Source: a virus
Taxonomy: Duplodnaviria; Caudoviricetes
Reading direction: 5' to 3' (one strand)
Length of the DNA: 25,291 nucleotides
IMG/VR virus record: IMGVR_UViG_3300022178_002093
Span: 1 to 25,291 of that record
Position 1 is the first letter of the stretch. Each line of letters opens with the position of its first letter. Under the pieces are notes generated by a model, which had not been told where the DNA came from, made no database searches, and saw only the letters and a list, made by a program, of their open reading frames with translations. Below are positions 16,301 through 23,814 of the stretch, piece by piece. The translations under genes and the position numbers were made by a program.

Positions 16301-16603
16301 CATTAGTTGATCTCTGTTCATGTAGTAAGGAACCATAGACATAGAAGCAGCTCCTGCAAATACAAGGTCCCCTCTTTCTATTCCTGTTGATGTTTTTAAT
16401 GGTTCTAATTTTTGTTCTTTACCAATAGCTACACTCTTTGCACCTAAATTAATTAGTCTATCGTAATCTTGAATACTATCGTAACCTGTAAGCTCACCAC
16501 TATCAAAAGCAGAATCTAACGCCTGCATTTGTTCTGCATTTAACTTTCTAGTGTCTAGGTTTTTTTCGTTAATAGCAGTTTGTAACTCTTTAATAGTAGG
16601 CAC
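13382..16603 (-). CDS. Large putative internal virion / DNA ejection protein (1073 aa)
   Basis: GTG start after SD GGAGGT; helical, Cys-free, several Gly/Ala hydrophobic segments, P/Q-rich tail; last large gene of the virion module. Function inferred from position. Confidence 0.7.
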   Translation of the reverse strand: MPTIKELQTAINEKNLDTRKLNAEQMQALDSAFDSGELTGYDSIQDYDRLINLGAKSVAIGKEQKLEPLKTSTGIERGDLVFAGAASMSMVPYYMNRDQLMKAFVQSGFKDQYGVDMRNADMFGMYQKRFTALSDQVKKLPKIRGRAGLPVRMLGSLAGMADNTIDFFKKLKKFGATPALATESQSILMAAGGAGAGSVLYDIGNLGSDYVGATSQDLANLTDNDIRKLPFAQRALYNGLNETYNDLLWAGGAMSLIPLVRFAGREGLKQSLGLNSDQSKAIAQSFERMGQKPNVAALIPGENAFQNFFKKFFTTIGVYPLVSGPLMKFNKDFNKNLSQEEFLNTVDNLNMAPGSNQSIMNYAGINEIKKEWKNVWKTVDTEYGKVRKHWEDIGNPKMIPTATIKQETERLLTQMKNEYPNTYSYSGAFDNMQKGARDLTPADDPLVQYTQFLNDITRNDNYIRMSDWTGLSRMQTAAYTGTKFKNVKPQILVIRNAMEKDLNSMGEATVRTNLKDKVFKDEYKNLLDSEGPQAAEDFIDQQIRVANSGFNQLKEANAYYSLVLRPFSTNKVARQLASVDAKIFADKGIEMQGNAGIYPDQVFDKVIRRVLDSDSPDAIKQLKQVLGVTKSSYEVLGKDGTVKRTIQIPKSKESQEMYDRYVRTFFWDSWNEAMTKPLRDHRSLSAQAIAAQAAKKGFVNKRIFALDDATEQRVRAKTKINETLDVTEIDGRVFTQGDGVANLNDGVIRNHDFGEFDTNKFVKNLGLDQPQGKDKIREMFGGGAAGDKALKRIEDIIIMKRALDLVEYTDPSKFVQRSITLRAGSSGGIMAGATSAAFGFGNTLKLILGSRLLGSVLTSPKVAENLMEMNKTMRFMSDDPSVYKLSPQLVPRTSRTFARFINSLMEAEGDDFRVNPDKIDFEEVREKLQSLDPNIPLSVSYDFGSMPKFTRDRIYPEFDMMKKMSASTLRSGEDFLQGANVMALQEQKFEEMAEGKEMLPQSTQPQNMGVPPTNTQPQAMTPPPPQNTGQVQAQQYASLFPQDTLGQAVATRQLKEGGFVEDIYNQVDEVLNG
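13515..13524 (+). repeat. TGGCCGGTGT motif copy
   Basis: Exact match to copies at 3774 and 9090. Confidence 0.7.
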
Positions 16604-16605
16604 TA

Positions 16606-18867
16606 TTAACCTCCAATTTGAATTGTGTTTAAGATATCTTGTCTACTTACTTGATTGTTAACTTTTTGATTTCTCATAAAGTCTTTATTTTTTCTTTCAT
16701 ATTGTAAAGCAACACCAGGTATGTCCATAAAGTTATCTTGAATATAGGATTCTTCTCCACCATTTAATTTAAACTGACTTAAATAAGTACCAGCTTTTTC
16801 TGCAAATTCTTCTCTTAGTTGTTCATAGTTTAGTCTAATAGTTCTAGGTGAAGTAATATATTTAATAATCTGTGTACGCTTAGCAGCGTTATCAATATCT
16901 TTTTGTGTTAATCTGTCTTCTGATTTGTTTGCGTTTGCAACAATGTACTTCATACGTTGTTCAATCAAAGCAAGTCTAGTGTAGTTTCTTAATTCGTCTT
17001 CCGTTGGTCTGTAGTTTTTAGCAATAATTCCAGCTTTCTTTAGTTGTTTTTCAACTTGTTCTGCTCCATTTTCTTTAGCATTTTGTAAATCTGCATTAAA
17101 TCTTTTAGTCATGTTGTCAGATTCTTTTGCAAATATATTTACTTTGCCTCCACTTATATCAAATCCTTCTCTACCTGTAGTTTGTGCCATCTCTGCTCTG
17201 ATTTGATCATCAATAACAGAACTATCTCCGCCTACATTACCACCTGCAAAAAAGTCTAATGTACCAAAAGCATCCTCAGTTAATAATCCTAAAGCAGCTT
17301 TAGTTCCACCTTCTCCTGCATTTTTAATTACAAACTCTACCATCTTACCACCACGTCTATTGTCTTCTAGACCCATAAGAGCTTTGTTTTGTTTTTCTGC
17401 ATTTTCTTTTACATCAGTACCTGTAAAATCTGCTGCTGAGAAAGATTGTTGGCCTGTGTTAGGATCGTATTGTCTTGTGTAATATTTATTATCTTTACCT
17501 AAAGATACTCTGACATTTCTAAAACCACCTGGTACACTTGGGTCAGCTACTCTGACTGTTTTATCTCCACCCGTTAACATTCCTGCACCTTTAGCTTTAT
17601 CTGATTTCATTTTTAAGAAAGCTTGAGCTAACTTCATATCTGAATCTTGTTGTTTTAATTTAAGACCAATCATAGCATCAGCTGTAGAAGCTAAAGTTTG
17701 ACCTGTAATATCTAAAAATCCTCTTACTCCTTTTTCAGGAGATTTACCTGATAACATTTGACCTGCTACTCTCATCATTAATAAGTTGTTTAAATTATCG
17801 TTATTGGTGCCAGTCATTTTGTTTATTTGATTTTTAAATTGTAAGAACTGACCTGATAAAGCATCAGTACCTGCTAGTTCATTACCTGCTGCAACATCTC
17901 TTTTTCTTTTTTCTATCATGTGTTGAATTTCTGCTTGGCTTTCATTACCTGTTATTACAGGAACGCCATCATTGTTAGGTGCAGGCATATTATCTGCAAT
18001 TGCTGCCCCTCCATCTTTAGGACCAACCATAGACTGTAAAGTACTTAAATCTACATTAGACTCAATAGCTATTTGTTTTAATTGTTCATCAGTTGCTTCA
18101 CTAGGATCAACACCTAATTTACTTGCAACTTCTTTTACTTTAGCTACAGTTTTTAACTGTGCATCTAACGCTTTCTCTCCTTCTGTTAATGGATTTTCAA
18201 TACCAATAACTTGTGGAACAAAATCTTTTGTACTTTCTTTGTATTCTTTTAAATTTTCTGTAACTCTTTTTTTAGGATCAGGTTCATACTTAGGTTTCTT
18301 TTGGTAGATTAGTCTTTCTTGAATATCTTTTGCATAAGCTTCGTTAGTCATTTCTCCTGGATTAATATCAGCTACTGCTTCAGGAGATATAAATCCTCCT
18401 GTTATACCTGTACCAATAGAAGCTAAAGCTGTTTTTCCAGGATTACCTACTATAGATTTTGCAGCACCTGTCATTCTAGGAGCTAAATACTCTCCTGTTT
18501 CTTGTAAAGCTTTTATTCCAGATCTTTTTGCTGATCCAGGTAAGAAAGCAGCACCAGGCACAGCAAGAGCAGCCCCTTGTAAAAATTTACCTGTATCTCC
18601 TTCAACAACACCTTGTGCCATATCTTGAGATCCAACACCTATACCATAACCTTCTAAACCAACTATACCTGTTTGAACTCCAGGTCTATTCATAAAAGAA
18701 GAAACTTTAGGTGCAAGATATCTGTACGCTGGAGCAGCACCTGCTCTTATCATATTTCCAGCAGACATAAGTCCACCTATAAATAATTTAGGTACGTTAT
18801 CAGGATCTACCTTGTGTAGCTCTTGTGCTCTTTTTTTAAATAGAGGTCTGTTTAATGTCTTATCCAT
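16606..18867 (-). CDS. Putative internal virion / DNA ejection protein (753 aa)
   Basis: N-terminal LNRPLF, Gly/Ala-rich membrane-like segments, helical, Cys-free; position in the cluster. Confidence 0.7.
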   Translation of the reverse strand: MDKTLNRPLFKKRAQELHKVDPDNVPKLFIGGLMSAGNMIRAGAAPAYRYLAPKVSSFMNRPGVQTGIVGLEGYGIGVGSQDMAQGVVEGDTGKFLQGAALAVPGAAFLPGSAKRSGIKALQETGEYLAPRMTGAAKSIVGNPGKTALASIGTGITGGFISPEAVADINPGEMTNEAYAKDIQERLIYQKKPKYEPDPKKRVTENLKEYKESTKDFVPQVIGIENPLTEGEKALDAQLKTVAKVKEVASKLGVDPSEATDEQLKQIAIESNVDLSTLQSMVGPKDGGAAIADNMPAPNNDGVPVITGNESQAEIQHMIEKRKRDVAAGNELAGTDALSGQFLQFKNQINKMTGTNNDNLNNLLMMRVAGQMLSGKSPEKGVRGFLDITGQTLASTADAMIGLKLKQQDSDMKLAQAFLKMKSDKAKGAGMLTGGDKTVRVADPSVPGGFRNVRVSLGKDNKYYTRQYDPNTGQQSFSAADFTGTDVKENAEKQNKALMGLEDNRRGGKMVEFVIKNAGEGGTKAALGLLTEDAFGTLDFFAGGNVGGDSSVIDDQIRAEMAQTTGREGFDISGGKVNIFAKESDNMTKRFNADLQNAKENGAEQVEKQLKKAGIIAKNYRPTEDELRNYTRLALIEQRMKYIVANANKSEDRLTQKDIDNAAKRTQIIKYITSPRTIRLNYEQLREEFAEKAGTYLSQFKLNGGEESYIQDNFMDIPGVALQYERKNKDFMRNQKVNNQVSRQDILNTIQIGG

Positions 18868-18875
18868 TAAACTAC

Positions 18876-19763
18876 CTATACTGTTCTGCCCATAGCCATC
18901 GCTGTAGCCGTTGGGTTTTTATTCAACATTGAGTAAGTTGCGTATGCACCAAGTCCGGCTCCTGCAGCTTGTGCTAAAGGATTACCACTAGATCCTGGTG
19001 TTGTAACCTGTGTTAATGAAGACTGAGATGTTGGTCCTGCAGCATAGATATTTTTTAAGAATTCAGCTCTTTGATACGGTTCGTATGCTCTTTGTAATTC
19101 TGTCTGTCTTGTAGCATCTAATGCTTGCTGACCTAACTGTCTTTGTAAACCACCTGCAGCCATTAACTGATTAATGTCTGACTGTGCCATATTTTGTTGT
19201 TGTTGGCCTAACGCACCTAACAACTGACCACCTTGTAGTCCTATTCTTTGTTGATTCTGTGCTGCACCTAATGCAGTATTAAACCCTTGTGCCTGAGCTT
19301 GACCCATTGCTGATAAAGTTCTACCTTGAAGTTCTGCTTGTTGAACTCCTTCACGTCCTCCACCAAAAGCTCCTGCTCCAATAGCTTGTGATCCTAGTTT
19401 ATTTTGCATCATTTGTCCTTGTCTACCAATTTCATTTGTAACATATTGTTGATAAGGATTTAAAAATTGTGATATTTGTGAAGCACCTACAGGAGCCATT
19501 GCTCCTTGTACTCCAGATACAGCAGAACTAACAGTAGGTTGACCCACTCCTGTAACTCCAGAAGCTGTAATACCTTGTTGTTCTAAAGCACCCATAGGAG
19601 ACACTTGAATTTCAGGAATGTTAACTGGTTTTTGTGCAAGTGATGAAGCTATGTCCATCAAACCAAGTTTTCTTTCCTCTATACCTGGTGCTTCTCTTAT
19701 GTATTGTGTAGTAGTCGAAGGTTGGCTTCCGCCACCTCCACCGCCACCGCCAAATATACTCAT
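18876..19763 (-). CDS. Putative DNA transfer / ejection protein (Gln/Gly/Ala-rich, 295 aa)
   Basis: N-terminal poly-Gly, FLNPYQQYV, GAFGGGRE, C-terminal AAGAGLGAYATY segment; SD AAGGAG. Confidence 0.7.
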   Translation of the reverse strand: MSIFGGGGGGGGSQPSTTTQYIREAPGIEERKLGLMDIASSLAQKPVNIPEIQVSPMGALEQQGITASGVTGVGQPTVSSAVSGVQGAMAPVGASQISQFLNPYQQYVTNEIGRQGQMMQNKLGSQAIGAGAFGGGREGVQQAELQGRTLSAMGQAQAQGFNTALGAAQNQQRIGLQGGQLLGALGQQQQNMAQSDINQLMAAGGLQRQLGQQALDATRQTELQRAYEPYQRAEFLKNIYAAGPTSQSSLTQVTTPGSSGNPLAQAAGAGLGAYATYSMLNKNPTATAMAMGRTV

Positions 19764-20221
19764 TTAGTTAGCTCCTTTTGAAATTCATAGTGTTTAACTT
19801 TCCAATTATATTTATCCATAATCTTTTTATATCCTGGTCTCATTAATGCAGTTACTCTTTTACAATTATTTACCTTTGCAAATTCTTCTAATGTTTGTAC
19901 CAACTTATCAGACCATAAATTCATTTTCTTTCCTGTACAAATCAAACCTTGTAATTCTTTAAAATTAGGATTATCAAAAAATCTACTAGTACAACATCCA
20001 AATACTTTGTTTTCTCCATCGTCATCTGTTCCAAACATAACCCATAAATGCATTATGTTTTGTTTTAATAATTTTTTTATATGTTTAGCATCAGCATATT
20101 GACCACTAAACTTTAATGCTTCTGCAATAAGAAACTCTACTAAAGGCCAAAAAGTATCTATCTCTGTTGGCTTAATAGTAAGTACTTCTACGTTAGCTTT
20201 AATTGTCTTTTCTACTTGCAT
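19760..20221 (-). CDS. GNAT-fold-like virion assembly protein (T7 gp13/P22 gp14-like position)
   Basis: FWPLVEFLIAEAL, LWV, ICTG..MNLW, LEEFAKVNNCKRV..RPGY pattern; sits between ejection genes. Confidence 0.6.
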   Translation of the reverse strand: MQVEKTIKANVEVLTIKPTEIDTFWPLVEFLIAEALKFSGQYADAKHIKKLLKQNIMHLWVMFGTDDDGENKVFGCCTSRFFDNPNFKELQGLICTGKKMNLWSDKLVQTLEEFAKVNNCKRVTALMRPGYKKIMDKYNWKVKHYEFQKELTK

Positions 20222-21164
20222 CTAAAATATCCATAATTCTTTTAAAACGTTTTTGTTGTTCGTAAAAAAACTCAGCACCCTTTTTTCTTTGATCTTCTTT
20301 GTCAGAAAGATTTGCACCAGCAATGATACCTGCTCCTCTTACAGCAGCCGATCTAGATACAAATTCACCATCAGCTAATTGAGCTAACATTGTATCTTCG
20401 TTTTCATCACCCATACCAGCTCCGTCTTTAACAAAACCATGAGCTCTTGTATAATTGTTAGCATCATTTTCACTGTGACTAAATTTAGAAGGTAGTGCTT
20501 GTCCGCCTGTATTAAATTTTGCAACTGAAACTATACCACCTGTTTTCATAGCAGGCTGTTCTTCACCTAGTATTGCTTCTACTGATTGATAAGTATTTTT
20601 ATCTTCTAATGTATTGTCTGAATAACTTCCATCTGCATTGTATGTTCTAGTTTGAAAACCTGTAGGTCCTCCTGCAAAACCACTTTCCATAAGTTTTTGA
20701 TAATTTTGATTTAATCCTGGAGGTGCTTGTTGTGATTCATCTGCTCCACCACCAAGTAAAGGAAGAATCGCTGAACCTGCTGCAACTTTACCTGCAGTAG
20801 TTTTTGGAATAATATTAGATAAAATACTTGACTTAGCTTCGTTACCAACTAAACCTTGCATAGTTCCTGGATCAGTCATTCCTGAAAATCCTGGAGCAGT
20901 TGCCGCTTGACTTCCCGCCACTTGTGGAAATAAACTTTGTATTCCTCTCATAGTAGCTGTTTGACCAAACTGTTGTCCTAATGTAGATCCTGCTAAAGTG
21001 TTAGCTCCTGTTTGACCAAAAGCTGATAATCCTCCAACACCTGCCATACCACCTAGTTGGCCCATACTACCAATTACCAAGGCATCTCTTAAAGATCTTT
21101 TAGTTGATTTTCCTCGAAGTTTTTGTACGCCAAATGTGGCTAGTGCTAATGTAAATGGATCCAT
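20199..21164 (-). CDS. Putative internal virion / DNA transfer protein (321 aa)
   Basis: MDPFTLALA start, Gly/Ala-rich, C-terminal DTMLAQLADGEFV..AAV.GAG motif familiar from tape-measure and ejection proteins. Confidence 0.7.
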   Translation of the reverse strand: MDPFTLALATFGVQKLRGKSTKRSLRDALVIGSMGQLGGMAGVGGLSAFGQTGANTLAGSTLGQQFGQTATMRGIQSLFPQVAGSQAATAPGFSGMTDPGTMQGLVGNEAKSSILSNIIPKTTAGKVAAGSAILPLLGGGADESQQAPPGLNQNYQKLMESGFAGGPTGFQTRTYNADGSYSDNTLEDKNTYQSVEAILGEEQPAMKTGGIVSVAKFNTGGQALPSKFSHSENDANNYTRAHGFVKDGAGMGDENEDTMLAQLADGEFVSRSAAVRGAGIIAGANLSDKEDQRKKGAEFFYEQQKRFKRIMDILDASRKDN

Positions 21165-21188
21165 AATTTATTCTTTTAAATATGGATA

Positions 21189-21217
21189 ATAATATCATTT
21201 TACTTGGTTAGTTTCAA
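21189..21217 (-). promoter_or_regulatory. Putative extended -10 sigma70 promoter for the ejection-protein cluster
   Basis: TTGAAA (21212-21217), 17 bp spacer, TATTAT (21189-21194) preceded by TGn. Confidence 0.6.
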
Positions 21218-22075
21218 CTCATCGAGAAAACGACCTTCGTACTGGTGTTCTCCAACATGTATAATAGGGTCATTGACATAAGCATAACATTTTCCTCCAA
21301 TGTCTTTCCAAAGCTTACAAAATGAAAAATCCTCACCCAGGTATGTTTTGGTTTCAGGGTCATGTATACAGTCAAAGAAGTTCCATAAATTAGGTCTATC
21401 CACATATTCACCATTAATTACTGTCTTTTGAACTATGTTTTTATCTGGATACTTGTCAATCATTTTGTCAAATACACTTCTTTTAATTAACATGCATCCT
21501 GTAGGGCTATGTGTAACTTCCATAACACCATTATCTAATTTAATATTTTCAGGGTTTTCTACTTTCATAGGATAAGTATTTAACCATCTATGTATATCTC
21601 CAGGGTTTTTAACTTCACCATTACTCCATTTCTCATAAAGCTTATCCCACATCATTGTTTTAAGAGGATAAGGAATAGATACTAGTTCTTTATTTAAATC
21701 TAACATTTTAATTATAGATTCTGCTCTAAAATATATATCTGAATCTATAAACAACATATGTGTACAATTAGATTCTAGGAAAGCTGAGGTACATAAGTTT
21801 CTCCCTTGAGTTACCAAAGAAGATTTTAATAAAGTAAATGTGATTTTTATTCCATTTTTAATACAAAGTTGTTGTAGTTCTAAAAGAGCCTGTGTGTAAT
21901 GCATAGTCACATCACTATGACAAGGAGTACAAACCATAAGACTATAAGGTGATTTAATTATTTTTTTTGTTTGTTCGGTATTCGGTTTCCACATAGGAAG
22001 ACTAGCTTTTTCGTATGATGTTACCTCAACTTCTTTTAGAGTTTGATAAGTGTCTTTATTTATTGTTTCTTTCAT
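21200..22075 (-). CDS. GT-A fold (GT2-like) glycosyltransferase
   Basis: MVCTPC, GRN, DxD motif FIDSDI, TGCMLIKR, GEDFSFC, HVG. Confidence 0.85.
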   Translation of the reverse strand: MKETINKDTYQTLKEVEVTSYEKASLPMWKPNTEQTKKIIKSPYSLMVCTPCHSDVTMHYTQALLELQQLCIKNGIKITFTLLKSSLVTQGRNLCTSAFLESNCTHMLFIDSDIYFRAESIIKMLDLNKELVSIPYPLKTMMWDKLYEKWSNGEVKNPGDIHRWLNTYPMKVENPENIKLDNGVMEVTHSPTGCMLIKRSVFDKMIDKYPDKNIVQKTVINGEYVDRPNLWNFFDCIHDPETKTYLGEDFSFCKLWKDIGGKCYAYVNDPIIHVGEHQYEGRFLDELKLTK

Positions 22076-22991
22076 TTAAAGCTCCTTTCAGAAAGTTTGT
22101 CCATTCCATACCTTTTTTCTCCCAGTTATAAAATCTTTTGTAAAACTTTTGTTGTTCTTCTAGATGTTCTTGCATAAAATCTTCATGTAAGTAACTAGCT
22201 GCTATATTAATTGCTCCTGCAGTATCTTGCGCCATTTGTTCATAATTTTTTGAATAATTAATATATACAGGCCACTCTGCACACGTTTCATACAAGGCTC
22301 CAAAGTTATTTGTAATTACATGAACTCCAGAAGCTAATGCTTCCAAAGCTGATGCACAAGATGTTTCTTCAAATATACTTGGATACACAAACATATCATA
22401 GTTAGGCATCATCTCTTTAATATATTCGTTTGGTTTATAGCCAATATAATTTACATTAGGTAATTTTCTAGCTTGTTCATATAATGCTTCAAAATCTTTT
22501 TCAGTATTATCTGCAAATTCAGAACCATAAACTTTACAAGAACTATAAACATCTAGGGTTATATTTGGATTCTCAACATCTTGCATGGCTCTTAATAATA
22601 CATTCAAACCTCTCCAAGGTGTACAGTGATGTACTAATTTAATAGGGGTTCCTCTTTTGTATATTTTTCTAATTGGAAAATCTTCTATACCATTTTTAAT
22701 AACAACTGATCTTTCTGTAGGAATATCAAATATCATTCTAAATTTTTCATAATTCCAATGACTGTTAAATATATACCAATCGTATTCATGGTGTCGTGAC
22801 TTGTCAGAAAAAAATTTTTGAAGGTTAGGTTGATCCCAAGAATTTTTTTGCCAAAGGATGTTAAGTTTATCTGAATCTATTGGAACTTTACCTGGTATAG
22901 ATGTGCATATCTGTACTTGATCTAACAGTTCTTTGGAAACATGCTTTTCAAGCATTTCCATTTGTAGCTCAGTGGCTCCTCTTGGTTGCAT
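22056..22991 (-). CDS. GT-B fold (GT4-like) glycosyltransferase
   Basis: GATE N-terminus, IKNG, PWRGL, YPSIFEETSCASALEALASG (E-x7-E), GALYET. Confidence 0.9.
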   Translation of the reverse strand: MQPRGATELQMEMLEKHVSKELLDQVQICTSIPGKVPIDSDKLNILWQKNSWDQPNLQKFFSDKSRHHEYDWYIFNSHWNYEKFRMIFDIPTERSVVIKNGIEDFPIRKIYKRGTPIKLVHHCTPWRGLNVLLRAMQDVENPNITLDVYSSCKVYGSEFADNTEKDFEALYEQARKLPNVNYIGYKPNEYIKEMMPNYDMFVYPSIFEETSCASALEALASGVHVITNNFGALYETCAEWPVYINYSKNYEQMAQDTAGAINIAASYLHEDFMQEHLEEQQKFYKRFYNWEKKGMEWTNFLKGALNERNNK

Positions 22992-23188
22992 TATTTTTTG
23001 GTTTCTGCCCCCATAGTAACTTTAGTAACTTTAATTTCAAGGTCTTGTCTAAAGTCATCCACAGTAGTGTCAGTATTGGGATCAGCAACATCAGCATCAA
23101 AATCATCTTTACTAGCATATACTTTACCAGTCCTTTTATGTTTAACAATTTCTTTTGCTTCTGCTGGTATTTTAATTATATCACTCAT
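22991..23188 (-). CDS. Hypothetical protein (65 aa)
   Basis: GGAG upstream; TAATG coupling to the glycosyltransferase gene. Confidence 0.75.
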   Translation of the reverse strand: MSDIIKIPAEAKEIVKHKRTGKVYASKDDFDADVADPNTDTTVDDFRQDLEIKVTKVTMGAETKK

Positions 23189-23325
23189 TTTTGTCTCCGT
23201 CCCTGTCTATGATATTTTTTACTATGTTGCAACTTCTTTTTTTTATTTAAATTTTTGCAGTGTCTTCGAGGCCTTTTTTTAGGTTTATCTCTTGGTACGA
23301 AATGCGTAAATTTTTGTTTAGCCAT
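23185..23325 (-). CDS. 46-aa highly basic microprotein (not in supplied track)
   Basis: Hand translation MAKQKFTHFVPRDKPKKRPRRHCKNLNKKKKLQHSKKYHRQGRRQK*; AGGA upstream; overlaps both neighbours. Confidence 0.75.
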   Translation of the reverse strand: MAKQKFTHFVPRDKPKKRPRRHCKNLNKKKKLQHSKKYHRQGRRQK

Positions 23326-23653
23326 TTTCCTGTGATCGGTCTATTAAAGCATAGCTAATAATACCCGTAATTTCATTAGCTGCGCCTGCTTGCATTGATA
23401 AAACGTCACTTGCTTCTAAATTAAGAGAACTCTTTACCATATTTGCAGTTGCTTTATTTAATTCTTCATAAGAAATTTTTACAGCGGATCCACCAGATTT
23501 AGTTACTATAGCGTGAGTGTCTACATTACTAGCAGTATCGTGGACAGCTTGTAAACTTTTAACAATAATAGTTGCATCAGTAGGACACGTTAGAACAGGT
23601 GTAACGTTAGTTGTTGTTAGATTAAATGTTTCGCTTTTATATCTTATTGTCAT
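23318..23653 (-). CDS. Small beta-rich protein, probably structural (111 aa)
   Basis: Thr/Val-rich alternating strands, LNLEASDVL motif; in the tail operon. Confidence 0.75.
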   Translation of the reverse strand: MTIRYKSETFNLTTTNVTPVLTCPTDATIIVKSLQAVHDTASNVDTHAIVTKSGGSAVKISYEELNKATANMVKSSLNLEASDVLSMQAGAANEITGIISYALIDRSQENG

Positions 23654-23814
23654 TGCATAAAGTAATTAAACGAATCTTGTTCGTTTTTCAAGTCTTGCTG
23701 ATATGAAGTATTTAATTGATTTTCAATAGTTGCAAGACCTTGGTTAATTTGTCTAAAACCTTCTACACTATATTCTTGCGGTGGTTCAGGAACATATACG
23801 TTAATTTTAGCCAT
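23650..23814 (-). CDS. 54-aa protein downstream of the tail gene (not in supplied track)
   Basis: Hand translation MAKINVYVPEPPQEYSVEGFRQINQGLATIENQLNTSYQQDLKNEQDSFNYFMQ*; TAATG and ATGA overlaps. Confidence 0.78.
   Translation of the reverse strand: MAKINVYVPEPPQEYSVEGFRQINQGLATIENQLNTSYQQDLKNEQDSFNYFMQ

Noticed and set aside
13382-16603. Large protein as virion RNA polymerase or lytic enzyme
   Set aside because: No DxDGD, T7-type RNAP or lysozyme motif recognised
16606-16620. Ubiquitin-like C-terminal Gly-Gly of the 753-aa protein
   Set aside because: GGA-GGT doubles as the SD for the GTG start at 16603, which explains it
19729-19752. GC-rich CCR triplet run
   Set aside because: Encodes the poly-Gly N-terminus with mixed codons; not a DNA repeat element
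2842-22991. Methyltransferase plus glycosyltransferases as a 5mC-to-glycosyl-hmC pathway
   Set aside because: No TET/JBP dioxygenase in the window and the genes lie about 18 kb apart in different modules; cannot be excluded for the whole genome
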